14,687 nt of DNA, from contig JBMSSC010000068.1 in NCBI GenBank assembly GCA_049424145.1, positions 1 through 14,687 on the forward strand, in the 5' to 3' direction. This DNA is from Bdellovibrionia bacterium. Lineage in GTDB: Bacteria > Bdellovibrionota > UBA1018. Numbering within the stretch: the stretch's first letter is position 1; each line of letters starts with the position of its first letter. The notes beneath the pieces were generated by a model. The model worked only from the letters and a program-made list of their open reading frames with translations, searched no databases and had not been told where the DNA came from. Of this stretch, positions 7,395 through 14,687 are shown in pieces. Made by a program: the position numbers and the translations under genes.

Positions 7395-8273
7395 ATGTTA
7401 AGAGCTAAGAATTCCATAACTAGAATTAAAAAAATAAAAAACTTAGGTGCTCTTTTGTTTTTTATTGGTTTTGGGTTTTCTTCGGACGGCTTGAATCGTT
7501 TTTTGAGGGAATCTGAAATGAGTCGGGTGAAGCAACAGCCCGAATTTGAGGTGCGTTTTGACCCAAAAAAAGTTGAGCTTCTCTCTTTTGGTTTTTTGCC
7601 GGCTGTTCTGGATTGGAATTTGTTGTCTGCTCTTTTGCAGCCCGGAAACGGCGAAATGCTCTCAAAAGGCCGACCGCTTTTGTATTATGTGATGGATGTT
7701 TTTAGTGAGCTCGACCCGGCTTGCTTTGAACTTTATTATATTGGAAATCTTTTGAGTGTCGTCATGGGAGATAAATGGGGGGCAAAGACAGTTTTTGAGA
7801 AGGGAAGACGGTTTATTCTCACTGGATTGTCTCAGTATCCTCAGTCCTTCCGAGAGCGCTTCTGGTCTCATCCTTGGCAGGTTCTGATCTTTCTGGCTTA
7901 TACTGATATTTTCGAGGTGGAGGATTTATCAGCCGCTGCAGAAGTCATTCGAGAGGCGGCCAATATTCCAGGAGGTCCGCGCTATCTTGAATCTTTTGCA
8001 AGCCGATTAAGCAGCAAGCGGGGGCAGTTTGATGTGGGTCTCAATTTATTGAGACACTTGTTAAAGGGGGCTAAAACTGAGGAGTTAAAAAAGAAATTCA
8101 CTCAGAAGCTCTTTGACTTGGAAGTGAGCTATTACTTGTTTGATCTCAATGAAAAAACTAAGTCCCATCAAGGGATCCCTCAATTTGATCCTTGGGGGGG
8201 GCGTTTATCGCGAGATTTCGAGGGTCGGATCATCACTTCAACGCCTTATCAGAAGGTTTTTGGACTTCACTAA
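7395..8273 (+). CDS. pilG: Myxococcus-type PilG accessory membrane protein (not the CheY-like Pseudomonas PilG)
   Basis: N-terminal hydrophobic segment and helical repeat-like body with GF...VLDW, LDP.F..Y, EKG, W...LAY, P.YL..FA.RL and a C-terminal DPWGG. Lies between pilA and the pilH/pilI ABC pair. Start codon uncertain. Confidence 0.7.
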   Translation: MLRAKNSITRIKKIKNLGALLFFIGFGFSSDGLNRFLRESEMSRVKQQPEFEVRFDPKKVELLSFGFLPAVLDWNLLSALLQPGNGEMLSKGRPLLYYVMDVFSELDPACFELYYIGNLLSVVMGDKWGAKTVFEKGRRFILTGLSQYPQSFRERFWSHPWQVLIFLAYTDIFEVEDLSAAAEVIREAANIPGGPRYLESFASRLSSKRGQFDVGLNLLRHLLKGAKTEELKKKFTQKLFDLEVSYYLFDLNEKTKSHQGIPQFDPWGGRLSRDFEGRIITSTPYQKVFGLH

Positions 8274-8294
8274 CGTCTTGGGTTTTTTCAGAAA

Positions 8295-8323
8295 TTGACC
8301 ACGAACCAGGGATCCTTTAAATT
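8295..8323 (+). promoter_or_regulatory. Putative sigma70 promoter producing a leaderless pilH mRNA
   Basis: TTGACC (8295-8300), 17 nt, TAAATT (8318-8323), 6 nt, ATG (8330). No SD upstream of the ATG. Confidence 0.55.
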
Positions 8324-8329
8324 AAACGT

Positions 8330-9271
8330 ATGCAAGCTGCAATTGAAATCAAGCAGGTCGATCAATTTTTTCGCTCCGGCTTTTGGATGAAGAAGAAACA
8401 GATTTTGTTTGGGGTCGATCTTCAGGTTCATAAGAATTTAATTTTTGGATTTGTAGGAGATAATGGTGCGGGAAAGACGTCCCTGATTCACCTGATTACG
8501 GGGTTAAAGACGCCGGCCCGAGGGAGGGTTGAGATTTTTGGGCATCCTGCTGCGTCGATTGAAGCCCGCAGGCGGATTGGCTATTTACCTGAGCGGCCTT
8601 ATTTTCATGAGCACTTAACCGGTCTAGGTTTTCTTCGGTACTTTGGTGTGCTCTCTGGCATGTCTCAGGATTGGATTCGACAACGATCCGATTTGGTTTT
8701 GCGCTGGGTGGGGCTTCAAGAGGCTGCTCGCCTGGAGCTCAGGAAGTACTCAAAAGGCATGCTTCAGAGAATTGGAATTGCCCAGGCGATTTTGCATGAC
8801 CCTGAAATTTTAGTTTTAGATGAACCCATGAGTGGGCTCGATCCCTCAGGTAGGAAAGAGGTGCGAGAATTAATCTCGCTCTTAGGTCGCCAAGGGAAGA
8901 CTATTTTTTTTAGCACCCATGTGCTCTCGGATGTCGAGGAGATTTGTGATGAGGTGGCGATGATCCAGAAGGGAAAAATGCTCCAGACTGGGTCGGTCCA
9001 GTCCTTCTTAGCCCAGGGACAAGAAATGTTTGAGGTGGTATTTTCGGTTTCAAATGAAAACCGAGCGCAGGTCAGTGGGCTATTTGATTCGCTCCGTGAG
9101 GAAAAAAAGGGCCTCACTGGGTTTTTGTCATCGAATCGCAGCATTGAGGAGTGTTTATCTCACCTTTTGGCGCTTTCAGCCAAGATTCATTCCGTTCATC
9201 CCGTGAGGCCGCGCTTAGAGGATTTCTTTGGCAACAGGTCAGTTGAACAGGCAAGAAGGGAAGGAACGTAA
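8330..9271 (+). CDS. pilH: ABC transporter ATP-binding protein, Myxococcus-type PilH
   Basis: Walker A GDNGAGKTS, GYLPERPYF, signature YSKGMLQR, Walker B ILVLDEP, H-loop STH; located in the pilG-H-I-D block. Confidence 0.88.
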   Translation: MQAAIEIKQVDQFFRSGFWMKKKQILFGVDLQVHKNLIFGFVGDNGAGKTSLIHLITGLKTPARGRVEIFGHPAASIEARRRIGYLPERPYFHEHLTGLGFLRYFGVLSGMSQDWIRQRSDLVLRWVGLQEAARLELRKYSKGMLQRIGIAQAILHDPEILVLDEPMSGLDPSGRKEVRELISLLGRQGKTIFFSTHVLSDVEEICDEVAMIQKGKMLQTGSVQSFLAQGQEMFEVVFSVSNENRAQVSGLFDSLREEKKGLTGFLSSNRSIEECLSHLLALSAKIHSVHPVRPRLEDFFGNRSVEQARREGT

Positions 9272-9272
9272 G

Positions 9273-10064
9273 ATGAGAATGCCCTCCACCCGGCATGTGG
9301 TCCCCGCAATTGGGCGTGTGACGTTTTTGGAGATCATTCGGGATAAGCTTCTTTTCAGTGTTTTGTTCTTGGCGTTTTTACTTTTGGGTCTGAGTCTTTT
9401 AGCCGCAAAGATCACGTTCCTCAGACCGGGGCGTCTGGTTTTGGATCTGGGTTTGATGGGAGTGTCCCTGACGAGTTTGTTGATTGGTGTATTTGTGGGT
9501 TCCTCCTTAATTGCAAGAGAGTTTGAGCGTCGGACCATCTCCCTGATTTTATCTCATCCGATCTCTCGGGTTCAGTTTCTTTTGGGGAAGTTTTTGGGGA
9601 TGGTCTTTGCCATATCGGCCAATTGGATCTTATTGGTGGGTGCTTACTTTCTGATTCTCTTTTTCTACACCACGGAATCGGCTGATTTTAACCGCACGCT
9701 TCTCTTTTCTGTCGTCTTAGCTTGGGTCCAAGCCTTAGTGATCACGAGTGTTGTTTTTTTATTTTCATCTTTTACAACCACGACCCTTTCGGCTATTTTT
9801 AGCCTTTGCGTTTTTCTCATTGGGCAAAGTGTGGTTCAAATTCAGGTGATGGCCAGCCAATTACCCCAGTCCTGGCTCAAGTGGGTTTTAGGGGCGGTCG
9901 CTCGGGTCTGGCCCAATTTTGATTGGTTCAATCTGGGCTTCAAAGTCACCTATGGTTTACCCGTTAGCTGGACCTATTTTTTAGGCACCTGCTGTTATGG
10001 GTTCTGTTTGGTTGGTTTTTTTCTATTGATAGCAGGGGTAGTGATTCAAGGTAAGGAAGTCTAA
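9273..10064 (+). CDS. pilI: ABC-2 type permease, Myxococcus-type PilI
   Basis: About six TM helices; TFLEIIRDK, REFERRTISLILSHPISR.QFLLGKFLG, PNF. Start moved from 9228 to the ATG at 9273 (SD AAGGAA, 1 nt after the pilH stop). Confidence 0.85.
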   Translation: MRMPSTRHVVPAIGRVTFLEIIRDKLLFSVLFLAFLLLGLSLLAAKITFLRPGRLVLDLGLMGVSLTSLLIGVFVGSSLIAREFERRTISLILSHPISRVQFLLGKFLGMVFAISANWILLVGAYFLILFFYTTESADFNRTLLFSVVLAWVQALVITSVVFLFSSFTTTTLSAIFSLCVFLIGQSVVQIQVMASQLPQSWLKWVLGAVARVWPNFDWFNLGFKVTYGLPVSWTYFLGTCCYGFCLVGFFLLIAGVVIQGKEV

Positions 10065-10079
10065 AATGAGTTTCAGGGT

Positions 10080-10871
10080 ATGGATAATATAAACGAATTG
10101 ATCACCCACCTCCTTCCCATTCTCTTTGGCTTAATCATTGGTAGCTTTTTAAATGTGGTGATCCTGAGAACCCCTGTGGGCGAGTCTTGTGTTCGGCCCA
10201 AAAGTCGCTGTCCGAAGTGTCAGCATCCGATTCCCTGGAAAGACAAGGTCCCGGTTTTCAGTTATCTGATGCTCCTGGGAAAATGTCGATTTTGTCAGTG
10301 CCTCATTTCTCCCCGGTATTTGGTGATTGAGCTTCTCACGGCACTCTTATTCTATGCTTGCCGAGTCCATTTTGGTTGGGATCTGCTTTTGTTCATTCGG
10401 TATTGGCCCTTGATGGCGATTTTTGTTGCCATTACGTTTATTGATTTAGATCATCAGATCATTCCCGACTTCTTGAACCTCGGGGTTCTTCTGATTGGTC
10501 TGCTCACCTCAGGGTTTGTTCCAGAGGTGGGTTTTACGGGCTCAATCTTAGGGATGTTTTTTGGGTTCTTTTTGTTCTACGCTCTGGCTTCAGCCTATGA
10601 GCGTTTGAGAAATGTCTCAGGCCTCGGTGGCGGAGACATTAAGTTGCTCGCGGGTGTGGGCGCTCTATTGGGGATTAAAGGTGTTTTATCAACCGTATTC
10701 ATTAGCTCAATTCTTGGGAGTGTCGCAGGAGTGGCGTGGGCCTTGTCTTCTCAAAAAGGGGACAGTGTCCTGAAGATCCAAATTCCCTATGGCCCTTTTC
10801 TGGTTTTAGGAGCTTTAACTCATACTTTTTTTGGAGAAGTTCTATGGCTCCAATCCATGATACCGATGTAG
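10080..10871 (+). CDS. pilD: Prepilin peptidase / N-methyltransferase PilD
   Basis: GSFLNVVI.R.P, Zn ligands CPKC and CRFC, catalytic Asp motifs IDLD and GGGDIKL, IPYGPFL. Confidence 0.96.
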   Translation: MDNINELITHLLPILFGLIIGSFLNVVILRTPVGESCVRPKSRCPKCQHPIPWKDKVPVFSYLMLLGKCRFCQCLISPRYLVIELLTALLFYACRVHFGWDLLLFIRYWPLMAIFVAITFIDLDHQIIPDFLNLGVLLIGLLTSGFVPEVGFTGSILGMFFGFFLFYALASAYERLRNVSGLGGGDIKLLAGVGALLGIKGVLSTVFISSILGSVAGVAWALSSQKGDSVLKIQIPYGPFLVLGALTHTFFGEVLWLQSMIPM

Positions 10872-11458
10872 GGGAAGAAAGATGGCTCAGATCTGAGTGG
10901 GAGAACTACGAGCTTTGGGAGAAGCTTGAGCTTCGATTGAAGCGTCAAAAGCGGTTATGGATATTCTGTACGTTCATCACGTTTATGGTCCTCTCTGCTG
11001 TTCCGATTCTCATGGATCGATGGCCTAAGTGGAAAACTCGCTCGGTGGTGCGAAATTTAGCACAACACATCAATCAATTGAAAAAGCATGCCGCGATTCA
11101 GAGAGCCCCACTTCGCTTCACCCTGACCCAGCCGGCTGAGGGGAAGTTTCTCATTGAGAAAGTCACCCACTGTTCTCAATCCTTAGGTTCAGAAGTGATT
11201 CAATCCGGATCCCTCTGGAATGAGTCCTCTTCAGCTCAAGTCACTTTTTTGACTCCTGAGCAAGGGGAAGCGCTAGGTGTTCCGGGTCTCACGCGGTCTT
11301 TTTGTTACGAGCCCCTTTTGGGTGCAAGTGTTTCTGGTCCCTCCGATTTCATTCAAGGCTTTGCGGTGATGCCTGTCACTGATTTGACGGAAAGAAGAAT
11401 GGATCGCTTAAGCGTACTTCTTTTGTCTGGAATTTTGGCGGAGGCCACTTTTGAATAA
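10844..11458 (+). CDS. Hypothetical single-pass membrane protein, pilin-like (FimU/GspH-like) but without a prepilin cleavage site
   Basis: Start moved to the ATG at 10844 (SD GGAGA at 10833-10837; 28-nt overlap with pilD), 204 aa. Charged N-terminus, TM helix ending SAVP, amphipathic helix, then a beta-rich region with two Cys. Confidence 0.7.
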   Translation: MAPIHDTDVGEERWLRSEWENYELWEKLELRLKRQKRLWIFCTFITFMVLSAVPILMDRWPKWKTRSVVRNLAQHINQLKKHAAIQRAPLRFTLTQPAEGKFLIEKVTHCSQSLGSEVIQSGSLWNESSSAQVTFLTPEQGEALGVPGLTRSFCYEPLLGASVSGPSDFIQGFAVMPVTDLTERRMDRLSVLLLSGILAEATFE

Positions 11459-11520
11459 TAACATAAATAATATTTAGTTACTGGCTCTTCCCTGTGTTAC
11501 CCTTGAAGTTAAGGATGGAG
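11459..11520 (+). promoter_or_regulatory. Possible extended -10 promoter and RBS for pilMNOP
   Basis: AT-rich stretch (UP-element-like), TG-T-TACCCT at 11495-11503, GGAG at 11517-11520. No clear -35 box. Confidence 0.3.
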
Positions 11521-11528
11521 CTGATTTC

Positions 11529-12629
11529 ATGCCTGAACTTCCTTTTTTAAAAAGCCTCAACTTATTTTCCGGTCTCTTCTCGGGTTTTGGGTCGGATGGC
11601 TCTGCCATTGGCCTGAGTTTAGGAACAACCTCGGTCAAATTGGTTGAACTAAAAAAAGCGGGGAAAGCATGGAAACTGATTCACTTTGCTATGGCTCAGC
11701 TACCGGACGATGTCATTGTGAATCGTGAAGTCGTCAACTCGCTGAGGCTCGTTGAAACCATTAAATCTGTTACCTCACAGTTGAAGCTGAGCTCAAAGTC
11801 AGTGTGCACAGGGATGTCTGGCAATTCTCTCATGATTAAGCGAATGACCCTGGATATTGCAAGTCTCAAGGAAGCAGATGAGCAAGTTGCATGGGAGGCT
11901 GAGCAATACCTTCCGTTTGATATTTCTGAGGTGGTTTTAGATTATCAAATTCTGAGTCGGAGCAAAGAGGGAAAAACGGATCTGATTTTGGTAGCTGTTA
12001 AAAGAAGTGTGCTGGAGGGATTCATGGACTCCATCGAGCAATCGGGTCTTCATCCCAAGATTGTTGATACTGATTTTTTCGCGCTTCAAAATCTTTATGA
12101 AACGAATTATTCACTCCATGAGTCGGAGACTGTGGGGATTGTGGATATTGGGGCAAGCTCGATTAAGCTCGTTGCTCTCCAGGCTGGAGTCCCGATTTTT
12201 ACCCGTGATTCAGGTCTTGGGGGAAGAAATCTTACGGTAGAAATTCAAAAAAGTCTCAATCTCTCCTATGAAGATGCGGAGGCTCTGAAGATCGGTGGCG
12301 GCTCGGAGAGCGGCACTCCTCAAGAGGTCAGTGATCTTATTCAGGCGATGAGTGAAAGCATCGCCAATGAGATTAAGAAATCCATCGACTTTTATAACGC
12401 TTCAGTTGGCGGAGGGCCTTTTTCTGCCTTATTTATTACAGGTGGAAGCAGTCAGCTTCCAGGGCTATCCAATACGATAGAAAATATTTGTACCCTACCC
12501 GTTCAAAGTTTTAATCCGTTTAACTCGATTGCCTATGATCCAACTGTTTTTACCCAAGATTATTTGGAGAGTATTGCTCCTTTTGCTGCGGTTCCCTTGG
12601 GTCTTGCTATCCGAGCGGGAATCAAATGA
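11529..12629 (+). CDS. pilM: Type IV pilus alignment protein PilM (actin/FtsA-like)
   Basis: IGLSLGTTSVKLVEL, WEAEQYLPF..EV.LDYQIL, LVAVK, D.DFFALQN, VDIGAS, GG..LT, AEALK, ITGGSSQLPGL, LGLAIR. Confidence 0.95.
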   Translation: MPELPFLKSLNLFSGLFSGFGSDGSAIGLSLGTTSVKLVELKKAGKAWKLIHFAMAQLPDDVIVNREVVNSLRLVETIKSVTSQLKLSSKSVCTGMSGNSLMIKRMTLDIASLKEADEQVAWEAEQYLPFDISEVVLDYQILSRSKEGKTDLILVAVKRSVLEGFMDSIEQSGLHPKIVDTDFFALQNLYETNYSLHESETVGIVDIGASSIKLVALQAGVPIFTRDSGLGGRNLTVEIQKSLNLSYEDAEALKIGGGSESGTPQEVSDLIQAMSESIANEIKKSIDFYNASVGGGPFSALFITGGSSQLPGLSNTIENICTLPVQSFNPFNSIAYDPTVFTQDYLESIAPFAAVPLGLAIRAGIK

Positions 12630-13249
12630 TTAAAATTAATTTAGCAAAAAAGAAAAAGGCAAGCGTTATGACCGCAAAGCAAGAGGGCATTGAGGGTGCT
12701 TTTGCGGACGTTGACTGGGATGAGCTCAAAAAAGTCGATTTTAAGAAATTTCTGATTCCACTCGTGGTGGGTCTATTAGCCAATTGGTTCGCCGAGGATT
12801 ATAAGGCTCAGGAATTAGGGCGAATCAAGGTGGTGTTAGATGGAGAGAAGGAGAAGAAACAAAAGCTTGATGCTCAAGTCAGCAGTTTTAAGTCGTATGA
12901 GTCCCTGAAGGAATCCTTGGATGCAGATGAGCTTCTCATTAAGACTAAGTTAGATACAGCCAATCATCTGATGTCCGACCGCGTGAGGTCTTTTGATGAG
13001 CTTTTTATCTTAGCTAAAGCTATGCCAAAAAGCGTATGGCTTACTGATTTGGATTTAAATGAGACGAGTATCCGGCTGAGGGGAGGGAGTCTCGAGTTTT
13101 CTGAAATTTCGGATTTAATGAAAGCATTGAATGAAAAAAATACATTTTCAAGTGTTAATTTATTGAACTCAAGCGAAATGAAGGCGGGCTCGGTTGACGG
13201 GGCCCAGTTTGAGGTTGAAATTAAGAAGAAGCCTAATGAAATTAAATAG
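12626..13249 (+). CDS. pilN: Type IV pilus alignment protein PilN
   Basis: N-terminal MIKINL motif, TM helix, coiled coil, MPKSVWLTDL...I.L.G...IS.LM..L; ATGA overlap with pilM. Confidence 0.9.
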   Translation: MIKINLAKKKKASVMTAKQEGIEGAFADVDWDELKKVDFKKFLIPLVVGLLANWFAEDYKAQELGRIKVVLDGEKEKKQKLDAQVSSFKSYESLKESLDADELLIKTKLDTANHLMSDRVRSFDELFILAKAMPKSVWLTDLDLNETSIRLRGGSLEFSEISDLMKALNEKNTFSSVNLLNSSEMKAGSVDGAQFEVEIKKKPNEIK

Positions 13250-13895
13250 CGAAGAAATCAATAATAAACTCAATAAGATCCCATTCGCTCTTCTGATGAT
13301 TGGCTATTGTGGTTATCTGGCCTTTGATTATTATGAGTTTGTTCAAGAGGATGGGTCTGATCGCGGCGTGCTCTCTCATGAGGTCAAGCAGGTTCAAGAG
13401 TCTAATGTTAGACTGGATAAGCGAGTCAGGGATCTTGAACTGTTTGTTAAGACCCTAGAAGAGAAAAAAAGTAAACTCAGGCAAAGTGCTATTGAGTTTC
13501 AAAAAGTCAGTGAATCCATGAGTGATCATTTAAATACTCCTGGTTTTATGAAGATGTTGATCACAGAAGCAAAGCGCGTGGGTCTTAAGGTCCAGAGTTT
13601 GAAGCCAGCAGGAGCGGTTGAAAAAGAGGTGTATTTGGAGTCCTCGTTCTCGATTTCGTGTAGTGGTTTCTTTTTCCAGATTTTGAAGTTCTTAAACCGA
13701 CTTGCGAACGTAAAAGAAGTGATTCGGGTGGTTGATTTGAAAATTAAGCCAATCCCTCCTCAGACCGCAAATTTTGTCGTACTTCAGGCCGAAGTGACCA
13801 TTAAAACCTATACTTATTCCAATGAAAAGGCGAATCAGATGGTGAAAAATCTCACAGCATCCGATCAAAAACAACCCTCCCCAGGTTCGAAATGA
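13236..13895 (+). CDS. pilO: Type IV pilus alignment protein PilO
   Basis: TM helix, coiled coil, A...GL.V.S.KP, Y.E....I..SG.F.QI..FL..LA.....I.V..L.I, TYTY. Start moved to the ATG at 13236. Confidence 0.88.
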   Translation: MKLNSEEINNKLNKIPFALLMIGYCGYLAFDYYEFVQEDGSDRGVLSHEVKQVQESNVRLDKRVRDLELFVKTLEEKKSKLRQSAIEFQKVSESMSDHLNTPGFMKMLITEAKRVGLKVQSLKPAGAVEKEVYLESSFSISCSGFFFQILKFLNRLANVKEVIRVVDLKIKPIPPQTANFVVLQAEVTIKTYTYSNEKANQMVKNLTASDQKQPSPGSK

Positions 13896-14687
13896 CCCAA
13901 AGTCCTTGGATTCTTCTCATTCTTTTTCTCACGTTCCCCGCCATTGCTGGTCTATCCTCAGATCATCAATCGGGGTTGATTAAGGGTCAAAAGGAAGCCT
14001 CTCCGGCAGTTGAGCTCGGGTCTCAGTCGGGAGAGTTAAGTGGGATCCACCCAAAAAAAGAGCCTCTGTCAGGATCGCAGCCCATTGGTCAGGCGGGCAA
14101 AAACAGTCGGCTGTTGGAAGAAGGTCTAGAGAGGATAAAACGCCAGGAGCAGGATCGTGAGCAGGGTTTGTCCCAGGTTTTGTCCATTGAAGAGCAGATC
14201 ATTCATCTTCGAGATCCATTTAGGATGCCTGAGGCTGTGGTTCCTCGGGTCTTGGTTGAAAGCGACTTAGAGAAGTATTCTCTCGGGGACTTGAAGTTAC
14301 TGGCGGTGTTAACAGGTCCGAGTCGGATTCGGGCGATTTTGAAAACCCCAGATGGCAAGACCGTGATTGCCGGTCCGGAGGATCGAATTGGAAAAAACGG
14401 GGGCAAGATTTTCAAGATTAAGTCCGATGGGATTGTAGTTCGGGAGAAGATCCTCAATGTTTATGGGAAAAAAGAAAATTCGGATACTCTCTTGGGCTTA
14501 GGAGAAAAGGACAGAGGTCCTGAGCCTCTATCCAACCAGGAGTCCTCGGCCAGCTCCTTCCCATCAAATCGAACGATGAATGGACTGATTCAACAGAAGG
14601 GTGCTCCTGATTCGGAGGGTGATGATCGGGGTGACGCACCACCCTTGGGTTGGCCCATCTCGCAGAGTCGGGAGAGCCCGTTAACGG
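13892..14687 (+). CDS. pilP: Type IV pilus assembly protein PilP (3' end outside the window)
   Basis: Not in the ORF track because there is no stop codon. ATGA overlap with the pilO stop; open for 265 codons: MTQSPWILLILFLTFPAIAG...LRDPFR...LEKYSLGDLKLLAVLTG...AILKTPDGK...RIGKNGGKIFKI...IVVREK. RDPF is at 14210-14221. Confidence 0.9.
   Translation, partial: MTQSPWILLILFLTFPAIAGLSSDHQSGLIKGQKEASPAVELGSQSGELSGIHPKKEPLSGSQPIGQAGKNSRLLEEGLERIKRQEQDREQGLSQVLSIEEQIIHLRDPFRMPEAVVPRVLVESDLEKYSLGDLKLLAVLTGPSRIRAILKTPDGKTVIAGPEDRIGKNGGKIFKIKSDGIVVREKILNVYGKKENSDTLLGLGEKDRGPEPLSNQESSASSFPSNRTMNGLIQQKGAPDSEGDDRGDAPPLGWPISQSRESPLT

Noticed and set aside
14162..14185. 12-bp near-tandem repeat CAGGGTTTGTCC/CAGGTTTTGTCC
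   Set aside because: Only two copies, in frame (QGLS/QVLS) within the low-complexity PilP linker; not an array.
1200..14642. Other short ORFs nested in ribF, pilB, pilT, pilC, pilG, pilH, pilI, pilM, pilO and pilP
   Set aside because: They are antisense or alternate-frame shadows of well-supported genes.
1..14687. CRISPR arrays, tRNA/rRNA genes, transposases or integrases, parS site
   Set aside because: None recognised by eye.

Overview
This window holds a near-complete, single-locus type IVa pilus (T4aP) cluster of the Myxococcus/Bdellovibrio type. Gene order on the + strand: YkgJ-like Cys-cluster gene, ribF, pilB, pilT, pilC, [pilA on the - strand], pilG, pilH, pilI (Myxococcus nomenclature), pilD, an orphan pilin-like gene, pilM, pilN, pilO and pilP (absent from the ORF track, runs off the right edge). 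The 5' end of a divergent parA/soj gene lies at the left edge. The pilin sequence and gene content suggest a Bdellovibrionota or related former deltaproteobacterium (inference). Main deviations from the Myxococcus arrangement: (1) pilS/pilR are absent from their usual position, and pilA is inverted as a stand-alone unit with a sigma70-like promoter and its own terminator; (2) a FimU/GspH-like protein lacking a prepilin cleavage site sits between pilD and pilM; (3) PilP has no lipobox Cys and a long C-terminal tail; (4) the c-di-GMP (MshEN) motif of PilB is degenerate; (5) pilH looks leaderless; (6) a structured non-coding block lies between pilC and pilA; (7) bases 1-47 are a fold-back junction inside parA, probably an amplification or assembly chimera.
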